Shown here one piece after another: positions 21,763 to 32,626 of a stretch of 37,845 bases of DNA. The notes beneath the pieces are model-generated. The model was not told the DNA's origin. It saw only the letters and a program-made list of their open reading frames with translations, and did no database searches. Source of the DNA: Octopus sinensis. Lineage: Eukaryota. The stretch spans positions 1-37,845 of the forward strand of contig NW_021835922.1 of the NCBI RefSeq assembly GCF_006345805.1, read 5' to 3'. The translations under genes and the position numbers were made by a program. Numbering within the stretch: the first letter of the stretch is position 1; each line of letters opens with the position of its first letter.

Positions 21763-24700
21763 ATGCCAAATGCTAGCTTTCTTTTCAGGTACATGAAGCT
21801 ACTGTCCCCCATTCCAGGGTCTCACGGGCCCATACTTCCCACACCCTCAGGGTTGGCACTCTCAACATTGGCACACTGAAAGGTAGGTCCACTGAGATTG
21901 TTGAGATGCTTGAACAGAGACGTGACAATATGTGCTGCATCCAAGAAGTAAGGTGGAGAGGAGGTTCTGCTAGGTTCCTCCACAGGCAAAGAACACAGGT
22001 ACAAGATTTTCTGGGCGGGGAACACTGACAGGGTCGGGGGCATGGGTATACTTCTTGCTGAGAAATGGGTAGATAAGGTAATCGAGGTAGTCAGAGTATG
22101 CGACAGAATACTTAAGATTACATTAGTGCTGCATCATGGGTTAGCAACCATTATATCGGCCTATGCCCCTCAGCCAGGGCTACCCGATGGACAGAAAGAC
22201 TGATTCTATGACACCCTCTTGCAAACTACCTCATTGATGAATGACCGGGACCTTCTCTTTGTGGCTGGTGACTTCAATGGACATGTTGGACAACATACAG
22301 GTGGGCTTCCATGGCATACATGGAGGCTATAGTTACGGTTCCCGCAAAGAGGAGGGAACCAGGCTGCTGGAGTTCTGCGATGCAAATGATCTTATTGTTT
22401 GCAATACTAACTTCAGGAAACCTGCCAGTCACCTAGTCACCTACAGATCTGGCAGACACACTAGCCAAATTGACTACATCTTCGCCAGAAAAAGGGAAAG
22501 ATGGCTGCTTATAAATGCCAAAACCTTCCCAGGCAAAGAATGTACCCCACAACATACACTGGTAGTTAGTGACTTTAGGATCAGGGCTAAGTGGATGCCC
22601 AGAAGGCGACCAGCATGGAGGAGAAAGGTCTGAAGCTTAAAGATTCTACGAAGGACAGAGATTTAGAGACATATTACTCAAAGCCTTTGACGAAATAGAA
22701 GCGGATATAGCTTCACACGGTGTAGAAGACAACTGGAGCTTTCTACGGGACAACCTGCTGAGAGCCACTGACCAGATCTGTGGATGGTGCAAAGTCCCCT
22801 CTTGACCCAAAATAACATGGTGGTGGAACAATGTTGTTATTGGAGAAAAGAAACACACTTGGAAGGACTGTGGCAGGGAATTGTATTACTCTGCCAGAAG
22901 GGAAGCTAGGAGACAGATTTTTTTAGCCAGAGGGGAAGCAGATAAGAAAAAAATTTGCCAATGTTCTGCACTGTGTAGACCAAAGACTTGAGGTATTTCA
23001 TGTTGCAAGACAGTAAAGAATCATGATGTTGTAGGAGAGAAATGTGTCCGCATGGATGATGGTTCTCTTGCACTAAATGAGGGTGCAAAGAGAAAAGTTT
23101 GGAGACGCCACTATGAAAGGTTGCTCAATAAAGAGAATGAATGGGAGAAAGAGAGTCTGCCGAATGTCGACCAAACAGAGGGACCTGCTATCCGAGTTGA
23201 CAGTACCTTGGTAGATAAAGCAATTAAGAGTATGAAGACAGGGAAAGCCCCGGTCCATCAGGAATTACTGCAGAGATGCTCAAGATATATCTGGCAGTGT
23301 CAGCTATAGCCTAGTCACCCGTATAGTTAACCAGGTGATACACGAAAGAGTCATACTCAATGACTGGTGTAGCAGCATAATAGTCAACTGCTACAAAGGT
23401 AAAGGTGATGCTTTAGATACAAATAATTACAGAGGTATCAAGTTGTTGAATCAGGTAATGAAGGTCATGGAGAGGGTCATAGCCCAACTAATTAGGGAGT
23501 GAGTCAGTTTAGATGAGGTGCAGTTTGGGTTCATGCCAGGGAAAAGCACCACTGATGCTATATTTCTGGAGGAGAAATACCTAGCCAAAGATAAACCTCT
23601 GTACCTCGCTTTCGATGACATAAAGAAAGCCTTTGACAGGGTCCCCCGATCCCTTATCTGGTGGTCAATGAGGAAACTAGTGATAGATGGATGGTTGGTG
23701 AGAGCTGTGCAAGCCATGTATAGGGATGCTGTCAGTAAGGTGAGGGTTGGCAACAAGAACAGTGAAGAATTCCAGGTAGAGGTAGGGGTCCACCAAGGTT
23801 CAGTCCTCAGCCCCCTCCTATTTATCACAGTTCTCCAGGCAATAACAGAGGAATTCAAGACAGGATGCCCCTGGGAGCTCCTCTATGCTGACAACCTTGC
23901 TCTCGATTTGCTGAATTACTATCAGAACTAGAGGAAAAGTTTCAAGTGTGGAAACAAGGATTAGAATTGAAGGGCCTTAGAATCAACCTAGCTAAAACCC
24001 AAGTCCTATTAAGTAGGAAGGCAGGCGAACCACAAATCCCTTCAGGTAGATGGCCCTGCTGGATCTGTAGAAAAGGTGTAGGTAGAAACTCCACATGGAC
24101 ACATAAGAGGTGCAGCAATATCAAAGGAAGGCTAACTGGGAAGATAGTTTTTATATGTGGCAGATGCTCAGGTGCAATAAACACTGAAAATATGCAGAGA
24201 ACAACTTCTGCCACATTACAGGGAAAAAAAATAGAAGTAGTTGATAGCTTCCGTTACCTAGGTGACCAAGTCAGTAGCAGGGGAGGGTGCACTGAAAGTG
24301 TAGCTGCTAGAATATGAATAGCCTGGGCAAAGTTCAGAGGGCTCTTACCTCTGCTGGTGACAAAGGGCCTCTCATTCAGAGTAAAAGGTAGACTGTATGA
24401 TGCATGTGTACGAACAGCCATGCTACATGGCAGTGAAACATGGGCTGAGGACATGCGTAAGCTCGCAAGGAATGAAACCAGTATGCTCCGATGGATGTGT
24501 AATATCAGTGTACATACTCGACAGAGTGATAGTACCTCGAGAGAAAAGTTGGACCTAAGAAGCATCAGATGTGGTGTACAAGAGAGACGACTGCACTGGT
24601 ATGGCCATATGGCAAGAATGGATGTGGATAGCTGTGTGAAAAAGTGCCACACCCTAGCAGTTGAGGGAACATGTGGAAGAGGTAGACCCAGGAAGACCTA

Positions 24701-25166
24701 GGATGAGGTGGTGAAGCATGACCATCAAACATTGGGCCTCACCGAGGCAATGACTAGTGACCAGCAACAAGCTGGCCTCCATGCCGGTGGCACGTAAAAA
24801 ATATCATTCGAGCATGATCATTACCTGCATCGCCTTACTGGCACTTGTGCTTGCGGTACGTGAAAACACATTCAAGCGAGGTCGTTGCCAGTGCTGCTGG
24901 ACTGACTCCTATGTAAGTGGCACATAAAAAGGACCATTTGAGCGTAGCGGTTGCCAGTACCACCTGACTGGCCCTCGTGCCGGTGGCACATAAAAGCACC
25001 CACTACACTTTCGGAGTGGTTGGCGTTAGGAAGGGCATCCAGCTGTAGAAACTCTGCCAGATCAGATTGGAGTCTGGTGCATCCATCTGGTTTGCCAGAC
25101 CTCAGTCAAATTATCCAATCCATGCTAGCATGGAAGCGGACGTTAAACGATGATGATGATGATGAT
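21763..25166 (+). mobile_element. Near full-length RTE-clade LINE (5'UTR may extend further left)
   Basis: APE endonuclease + RT ORF, a 3'UTR with ~65-bp degenerate repeats (24780-25000), a conserved tail and (GAT)n. Confidence 0.95.
21840..24761 (+). pseudogene. RTE APE-RT ORF, disrupted by stops and frameshifts
   Basis: LRVGTLNIGTL...CCIQEVRW; ISAYAPQ; AGDFNGH; SQIDYI; NYRGIKLL; QFGFMPGKSTTDAIF; KAFDRVP; GVHQGSVLSPLLF; LLYADNL; FRYLG; AMLHGSETW; RLHWYGH; RGRPRKT. Confidence 0.95.
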
Positions 25167-25200
25167 TATACATAGATATATACATATACATATTATACAG

Positions 25201-25244
<44 letters not shown>

Positions 25245-25401
25245 GATACAGCCACACGTACATATAATCTATATACACATATATATACATATATGCATAG
25301 ATACATACACATACATACTTTCATATATATACATTTTTATATATATATATAATATATATATATACATACACAGGTACATATACGTGTATGTATTATGTAT
25401 A

Positions 25402-25451
<50 letters not shown>

Positions 25452-25481
25452 CATACACAGGTACATATACGTGTATGTATG

Positions 25482-25522
<41 letters not shown>

Positions 25523-25586
25523 GCATACGTACATATACATGTGTGTGTATGTATATATATACATACATACGTACATATATGTGTAA

Positions 25587-25626
<40 letters not shown>

Positions 25627-25743
25627 GCAATATTAAATCTCTGAGCGTGATGTAAGCACCAGCTTGCAGTTGGCAATTGTTTTTTACGATATATATATAT
25701 ATGTGCATGTATGTATGTGTGTGTATGTATATATGTGTATATA

Positions 25744-25908
25744 AGTGCAGGAGTAGTTGTGTGCTAAGTAGCTTGCTTACCAACCACATGGTTCCAGGTT
25801 CAGTCCTACTGCGTGGCACCTTGGGCAAGTGTCTTCCGCTATAGCCTCAAGCCGACCAAAGCCTTGTGGGAGGATTTGGTGTACAGAAACTGAAAGAAGC
25901 CCGTTGTG

Positions 25909-25941
<33 letters not shown>

Positions 25942-26130
25942 TTGCATGTCTGTGCTTGACAACCGATGCTGGTGCGCTTACGACCCCATAACTTAGCGTT
26001 TCAGCAAAAGAAACCGATAGAATAAATACTAGGGTAACAAAGAATAAGTCCTGCGATCAATTGGCTCAACTAAAAGCGGTGCTCCAGCATGGCTACAGTC
26101 AAATGACTGAAACAAGAAAGAAAAAGAATA
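25744..26130 (+). mobile_element. Full-length tRNA-derived SINE with internal (TA)/(TG) microsatellite and CR1-like 3' tail
   Basis: Head with ggttcagtcc B-box, core ccttgggcaagtgtctt...ccaaagccttgtg, tail gcggtgctccagcatggctacagtcaaatgactgaaacaag. Confidence 0.9.
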
Positions 26131-26199
26131 CATGCACATACATTCATATACATACACACGCACACAATTCCCTAAGCCCTTGTCATTATTCTGATTGGT

Positions 26200-26411
26200 T
26201 TAGCACACCGGGCAAAATGCTTAGCAGTATTTCGTCTGCCGCTACGTTCTGAGTTCAAATTCCGCCGAGGTTGACTTTGCCTTTCATACTTTCGGGGTCG
26301 ATTAAATAAGTACCAGTTACGCACTGGGGTCGATATAATCGACTTAATCCGTTTGTCTGTCCTTGTTTGTCCCCTCTGTGTGTAGCCCCTTGTGAGCAGT
26401 AAAGAAATAAG
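26200..26411 (+). mobile_element. tRNA-derived SINE (second family)
   Basis: B-box gagttcaaattcc, then gactttgcctttcatactttcggggtcgattaaataagtacc, which from recall resembles the Nin/Deu central domain. A-rich end. Confidence 0.85.
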
Positions 26412-26485
26412 CAATACTTTAAAAAGCATTAGCTTTATTTTTCTTATGATAAACAAGCGAAAAAAATTGTTTTTAATTCAACATA

Positions 26486-26826
26486 GGCGTAGGTGAGGCT
26501 GCTCCTTTCCAGCGATATGGTCTTGGGTTCAGTCCCACTGTGCGGCACCCTGGACAAGTGTCTTCCATGATAGCCCCGGACCGACCAAAACCTTGAGGGG
26601 ATTTGATAGAACCATTGTTTGTGCATCTGAGTCTGTTTTTTGTATGTGTGTACGCGTGCGTCCCACCGTCGTTTGAATAACTGATGTTTACATGCTGATA
26701 ACTTAGCAATTCAATAATAAGAAACAAGTAAAGTAGTGCCGAGCATAAAATGAAGTAGTGTGATCGATTTTTCGACATAAGTCTTCAAGGCGGTATCCCA
26801 GAATACCCGACTGAAACAAGTAAAAC
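26486..26826 (+). mobile_element. Degenerate copy of the 25744-family SINE
   Basis: gggttcagtcccactgtgcggcaccctggacaagtgtctt...ccgaccaaaaccttg ... aaggcggtatcccag...gactgaaacaagtaaaa. Confidence 0.8.
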
Positions 26827-27009
26827 ATGAACCACAACTGTCATCGGCAAAAATGTCATTTAAAAATACAAAATACAAAGAAACTAATGAGAAAATAACG
26901 CCAGAGGGAGGGAAAAGAGTGCAGCAGTTTATGCCTGCTGATTACTATGTCATCTCTCCAACCAAACATTCCCTTGTCCCATCAACTTCAATCAATATGG
27001 CAATGATTC

Positions 27010-27290
27010 TTAGATTTGAAAAGTGCATACAAGTTCGCAACATGAAACTTGACCCACAGCTCATTTTATTCGGATTGAGAAAAAACACATATACTGATAG
27101 CATCTTTGACTTTCTAACATTATTAGCAAAATTTTTTTATATACAAAAGCAAAGTGGCAAAAAACACTCTCAATTTTAGAAACTTTGTGCATGACAGATA
27201 TCTAATTGAAAACAAATAGATTATACAATGAAAACAAGCAAGATGAATTTTATAAAAAATGGAGGCTCTACCTTGTGTTTGTAAATACAT
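27010..27290 (+). pseudogene. L1/Tx1-group ORF2 extreme C-terminal remnant
   Basis: LILFG...IFDFLTLLAKFF/IYKSK...RYLIE.../DEFYKKWRLY fits the ILFG...LLAKxxIYKxK...FxKKW terminus of L1/Tx1 ORF2. Confidence 0.65.
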
Positions 27291-27782
27291 GGTAGTCCTC
27301 TAGTGTTACTTCTTGTAGAACTGTATTAAGATTTTATGAGTGATTCATGATTGATTCTGTAGTCTATTCTAATATCTTCTATTTATTTATTTTTTATTCA
27401 TCCTTTTCTCTCTCTCTTTTTTGTTTCGTTTTTTTATAAGTATTTTTTCTTTCTCTTACAAAACAGTCCTAATCTCCATTTGTTTTATACAAAACATCAC
27501 AGTTCACTAGCCGTGTTGTTTCATATCATAACAGGGAAACCTGGAAATAAATTGTAAGTTTAAAAAAATCTCCATGTCAAGTTGAATGCGCACTCAACAA
27601 AGAAACATCCACAGTTGACGATCCATGACTGTTAGCATCGAATATGACGGACAATCGTATGACAGAGAGAGAGAGAAAAAAACAGAGTGAGTTACCGAGT
27701 TTGTGTGCACGCATATTTTTTCTAAAGATATAATGTATGTGTATTATATATATATATATGTGTGTGTGGTGTGGTGTGTATG

Positions 27783-27825
<43 letters not shown>

Positions 27826-28019
27826 ATATATATACATATATATATACATACACACACCACATACAATATACAGATATAGATATATACACATTGATACATA
27901 CATATATATATATATATGATAGATAGATATAGATATAAATACATAGATATATTCAAAAGTGTGTGTATTTTCTTTATTTTATATTTATATTTATTATTAT
28001 AACTAAACATTTGTACTTT

Positions 28020-28145
28020 ATAACCTCTGACGAAGCCTATAGGTATATACAAGTACCTCATGTTCTACCTATTATCTCAATCCACTTGAGTAATATAGGT
28101 AGAATGAGATATTTTTATCTATTGGCTGAAACAGTTGTAAGTTAT
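28020..28145 (+). ncRNA. Hammerhead ribozyme with very long stem II
   Basis: Core CTGACGA at 28027-33. Stem II agcctataggta/tatctattggct, extended by ctcat-ttctacctat-ctcaa/ttgag-ataggtagaa-atgag. GAAA at 28128-31, c-agtt-GTA (28137-39). Stem I ataacct/agttat with one bulge. Confidence 0.82.
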
Positions 28146-28157
28146 TTTACCAATTAA

Positions 28158-28219
28158 TTTGTTTGTTTGTTTCTAGTTTCAGCTTATGAGCTGTGGCCAT
28201 GCTGGGGCACCGCCATTTG
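28158..28219 (-). mobile_element. CR1-group LINE 3' tail (very short insertion)
   Basis: caaatggcggtgccccagcatggccacagctcataagctgaaactag(aaac)n matches the termini at 31198-31272 and 32866-32933. Confidence 0.88.
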
Positions 28220-28529
28220 ATATTCATGTTTTTTATAACATTTACTGGTATCTTTATACATTACTAAATTTATATCTTATATCTAATATGTAAAGAATAA
28301 TATGCTATATCTATGTATGTTATTATAATTATCAGTTTAATAAATAAATTAGTTAACATTTTAATGTCAAAAAGTTGATGAACCACCTGTTGTTCTCCAT
28401 TTTCTCATTTGTGATATAGATATATATATATAACGGGAAGCTTTACGAAAATAAACAAAAGACGAAGGCAGGTGGAGTACAAACAAACAATTGTATTAGT
28501 ATGGCGCTCAGGAATAGTAATAAAACAAG

Positions 28530-28567
28530 TCTTTTACATTTCGAGCCTACGCTCTTCAACAGAAAGA
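28530..28567 (-). ncRNA. Minimal hammerhead-like motif (A6U core variant, extra A, no stem III loop)
   Basis: TCTTT CTGTTGA A GAGC gtag GCTC GAAA T GTA AAAGA: perfect 5-bp stem I and 4-bp stem II, at the expected 3' pLTR position. Confidence 0.72.
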
Positions 28568-29259
28568 TACACAGAAAAGAAACATGGAGAGAAACAAGGA
28601 GAGAGAAAAAATGCATGCGGGAGCTAACGAATCAACATGGCGGTCTGATTTCGGCCAGAAGTCAGAGATCAGACGTTAGACGCAAGAGGGATAGTAGGGG
28701 AGATAACAAGATCAAATGACCTCGCACCAACATGAGGGTGCGTGTGTGTATGAGAGAGTATGTATGTGCATATGAAAGGTCTGGACGTGTGTATGTATGT
28801 ATGATGTGATGTGTAATGTTGTATGGTGTGTGTAGTGTAGTGTCTATGGTATGTGTGTAGTGTAGTGTAGTGTGGTGGGAGGTGGGGAGGAAAGGGAAAG
28901 CCATGGGGGTGTGGGTTCAGCTGGGGGTTGGAGTAGAGTGGGGGGTTGTGGGGAGAGTGAAAGGGGTGAGGTGGGGTGTGGGGGTTGTGGGGAGAGTGAA
29001 AGGGGGAGAGAAGAGAGAGGGAGGAGTGGAGGAGGGAAGAGAGATGAGGGGGAGGGGAGGAGGAAAGAAGGAGAGGAGAAGGAAGGGGGAGGGGGAGAAG
29101 GAAGGAGAGAAGAGGAGGGGAGGGGAAGGGGAGAGAAGGGGAGTGAGGGAGCAGAGAGAAACAGAGAAGGGGAAGAGGGAAGAAAGAGGAAAGAAGAGGA
29201 GGGAAAGAGAGTGGGGTGAAAAGATGAAAGACTGACGAGAAGTAGGGATCGAGGGGGAG

Positions 29260-31170
29260 GTTAGATGAGAAGGGGGGGAGAGTTGAGACCAAATGGTGTG
29301 AAAGAGTGAAGATTAATTCCTGTTCACGGCGCAAACGGGAATCCGGATGGCCTCTGTGCAAGGACAATCCAAACACAGACAGGTGTTGCAAGGAGTGACC
29401 GGTGGAGCGGAAATGGCGTGAGACCGGTGTGTTGTTGGCAAGGCGGATGTCACGGAGGTGTTCCACGAACCAGTCAGCCAAGCGGCGTCCCGTTTGTCCG
29501 ATGTACAGGGAATGGCAGAGAGAGCAGGAGATGCAATAGATGATATTGCTGGAGGTGCAGGTGAAGGAGTTGATGATGCGATAGATTCAATGATGGGTGC
29601 CAGTGAGGAGGGTGGTGTTGGAGAGGTATGGGCAAGTGCGGCAACGTGGGCGGGAGCAGGGGAACGAGCCAGGTTGGGACGTAGGGTCAGGGAAGGAGCT
29701 GTGGACCAAGAGGTCTCGTAGGTTATGGGCTCGTTTGAAGGAGGGGTTGGTTAGGGAAGAGGTGTGAAGTGGACGGGTCGGACTGGAGAATCCGGAAAGC
29801 TCGAAGAACGCTGCGTTGGAGAGGTAGGGTCGTGGGGTGGTAAGTGAGGGAAAAAGGGAGGCGAGAGACTACAGGGCAGGTTCGGTGGGAGAGAGCAGAT
29901 GCACAGCCTACGGAACGTGCTCTGGCAAGGGCGGTGTGGATAGTGGTGAGGGGGTATCCACGTAGGATGAAGTGGCGAGCCATGAGTTGAGACTGAGTCT
30001 CAAAGTCATGGTCGTCACTACAGAGCCTACATAGACGGAGAAATTGGGAATAGGGGATGGAAAGCTTGGTGTGTTTGGGTGGGAGGAGGAGAAGTTTAGG
30101 TATGAGTGTGAGTTTGTGTGTTTGTAGTGAATGGAGGTGGTAAGAGTGGAGTGATGAATGCTGACCGAAATGTCGATGAAGGAGATAGAGGTGTTGAAGA
30201 TAGTGGAGGTGAAGTGGAGGGCAGGATGGAAGGATTGAACGAAAGAGAGAAAGGAATCTAGATGTTCACGGGAGAATGAGGTGGCACCGATAATGTCGTC
30301 AATGTAACAACCGTATAGTTCGGGAGTGGGACCAGTGAAACTAGAGAATATTTGGGCCTCAACATAGCCAACGAACAGGTTCGCATAGTTGGGGCCCATT
30401 CGCGTTCCCATGGCCACTCCCGACTACTGTTGGTAGAACTCGCCCGCGAACGAGAAGCAGTTAAGAGAAAGGACAAGTTCGGCCAGACGAATGAGTGTGG
30501 AGGTGTCGGGTTCGGAGTTAGGGCGGAGGTCGAGAAAGTGTTGAAGTGCCCGCAGTTCTTCGTGGTGAGGGATGACGGTATAGAGGCTCTGGATGTCCAT
30601 TGTAAAAAGTATTTTGGAGGAGCCGGGAGGAAAGGAGAAAGAGTTGAAAAGCCGGAGAGTATGGTTGGTGTCGTGGATGTTGGAGGGAAGAGACGCCACT
30701 AGGGGGGCAAGGACACGGTCGAGGTATTTCGAGATGAGCTCCGTGGGGCAGTTACAGGCGGAGACGATGGGGCGGCCAGGGTTGTTGGTTTGTGGATTTT
30801 GGGGAGGAAGTAAATGGTGGGGGTGCGTGGGATTCGCACAATGAGGTTGGATGCGGTGTGGGGGAGACGGGAGGACGAGATGAGGTCGTGGACAGTAGAG
30901 GATACCGTCTGTTGGTAGCTACGCATGGGGTTAGAGGACAGAGGGGAGTAGAAGAAGCTGTCATTGAGTTGGCGGAGCGCCTCGGCCCTGTAGAGGTCCG
31001 CGCACCACACCACCACAGCTCCACCCTTGTCAGCCGGTTTGATGATAATGTCAGCGCGCCGTTGGAGAGAACGAAGAGCCGAGAGCTCGGCCGGGGAGAT
31101 GTTGAGGCAGCGGTGGCGCCTGGAGAAGTTGAACCGCTCCAACGCACGCTGACAGGCGCCCACGAAAGAT
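29260..31170 (-). pseudogene. Penelope RT and GIY-YIG endonuclease, disrupted
   Basis: IIIKPADKGGAVVVW; YFLPKIHK; PGRPIVS; LFTMDIQSLYTVIPH; GVAMGTRMGPNYANLF; YIDDI; SYLNFSSSHP; CSRPRCRTC; NIIYCISCSLCHSLYIGQTGRRLADWFVEH...REQELIFTL. Confidence 0.95.
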
Positions 31171-31197
31171 GTATATAGATAAAAATATATATATATA

Positions 31198-32626
31198 TTT
31201 CATTTAATTTTTTTTTCATTTCATCTAGTTTCAGCTCGCGAGCTGTGGCCATGCTGGGGCACCGCCATTTGGTGTTGCTACATGATTTTGCTTCACAAAT
31301 GCTTTTTAGCAATTGACATTTGGTGCATGAGAGAGTTTGACGCAGCTGCCCTCATCTGCACCTCCTGCCGCGAAGTTGGTTCATCTGGGACACCTGACAG
31401 GAAGAGATCCAATTTTATTTTAAAGACATCTGCATCCACCCCATGCAGGTCTCTCAGGTCCTTCGGGAGGATATTGAAGAGCTGTGGTCCTCTGAAGCCC
31501 AGGCTATCACAGTATCTTGTCCTACATCTTGATGGCAAATTTGGAGTCCTTGGCACTATGCAGTGGCGCCCAATTCTAGTATTTGTGTAACTCTCGATGC
31601 CAAAGTTTGGGACAAGTCCTTCCAGGATCTTCCAGATGTATATTATGGCATATCTTTCTCGCCTATGCTCTAAGGAATGGAGTCTCAATCTCTTGGGTCT
31701 TTCCCAATAGCTTATATGCTGCACAGAGGCTATCTTCTTCGTGTAGCTTCGTTGGATAGCCTCAAGTTCTGTGATTAATTTGACACTGGTTGGTGACCAT
31801 AGCTGAGAGCAATAGTCAAAGTGGCTTTCGACAAGTGTCCTCCAGAGGACCATCATGGTTTCCTTGTCTCTTGTTCTAAAGGTTCTAAGAATCCATGCGG
31901 TCAGCCGCCTACATTTCATTGCCAATTTAGCAACATGCACATGAAAGGTTGCATCATTACTCATGTAAATACCCAGGTCTCGTACTGATTGTGCCTCTGG
32001 GATTGCAATCCCTCCAGGTCCAGTGTATTTATTGGGTATTGCATTTAGTTTTGCATGCTGATAGCATAAAGCTTGAAACTTTTCAGCATTGAACTGCATG
32101 CTATTCTTTTCAGCCCACTTGTATATTTTTCCAGCTCACATTGCAGGTGCTTAGTGTCTTCAGGGTTCTGTATTGCCTGTGAACCTTGTATCATCTGCAT
32201 AACTTGTGATCATGGCTCTCTGCGTGGCTGAGGGCATGTCTGAGAGGGCCATTATGAACAGTAGCGGTCCCAAAACAGTGCCCTGCAGAACACTGCTCAC
32301 TATTTGCGTGTTAAGTCATGAAGCCATTCTCCCAATTTTCCAACTATGCCAAGATCACGCAGTTTGGACATATCTTCCATGATCGACTTTATCAAGGCCT
32401 TTGCAAGTCGATATATCACTCACTTCCACATTTGAGTGTTGGTTTGTTTCAGTACCCAGTCATAGTGTTCAGTACCCAGTCATAGTGTTGTAGGAGCTGA
32501 GTTAGGCAGCTTCTTCCTGGTCAGAAACCATGTTGGGTGTCAGGCAGAAAGTTATTTTCTTCAAGGAAGGCGATTAGTTTCCTTCTGAGTATTCGTTCCA
32601 TGACCTTGCTGATTTGTGAAGTCAGA
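31198..32626 (-). mobile_element. 5'-truncated CR1-group LINE (RT and C-terminal domain, ORF 31293-32099)
   Basis: LTSQISKVMERI; QHGF*PGRSCLTQLL; QGTVLGPLLF; YADD; MQFNAEK; RDLGI; DYCSQLWSP; LEAIQR; SLEHRRER; FKIKLD; then a short 3'UTR and A-rich tail. Confidence 0.93.

Larger units (their letters stand above)
27955..28415 (+). mobile_element. ORF-less hammerhead-bearing element (solo Penelope pLTR or retrozyme-like), interrupted by a CR1 tail
   Basis: AT-rich segment between two (TA)n runs containing a hammerhead. Its downstream flank (gttattttaccaatta) resembles that of the 17908 hammerhead (gttattctaccaatta). Confidence 0.6.
28432..31170 (-). mobile_element. 5'-truncated GC-rich Penelope-like element (Neptune-like)
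   Basis: RT + GIY-YIG ORF, pyrimidine-rich 3' region and terminal hammerhead motif. Both ends abut (TA)n. Confidence 0.93.

Noticed and set aside
25269-25828. Y/I/C-rich ORFs (also 27744, 32808-33457, 34684, 35594, 36384-36991)
   Set aside because: Stop-free translations of TA/TG microsatellites.
27480-27725. Candidate NIPBL promoter or first exon in CpG-retaining unique DNA (also 36303-36620)
   Set aside because: No convincing minus-strand donor or promoter motif; cannot be placed without transcript data.
28870-29235. G/E/R-rich plus-strand ORFs and the Pro/Ser/Leu tail of the 270-aa minus ORF
   Set aside because: Low-complexity purine tract in the Penelope 3' region, read through after a frameshift.
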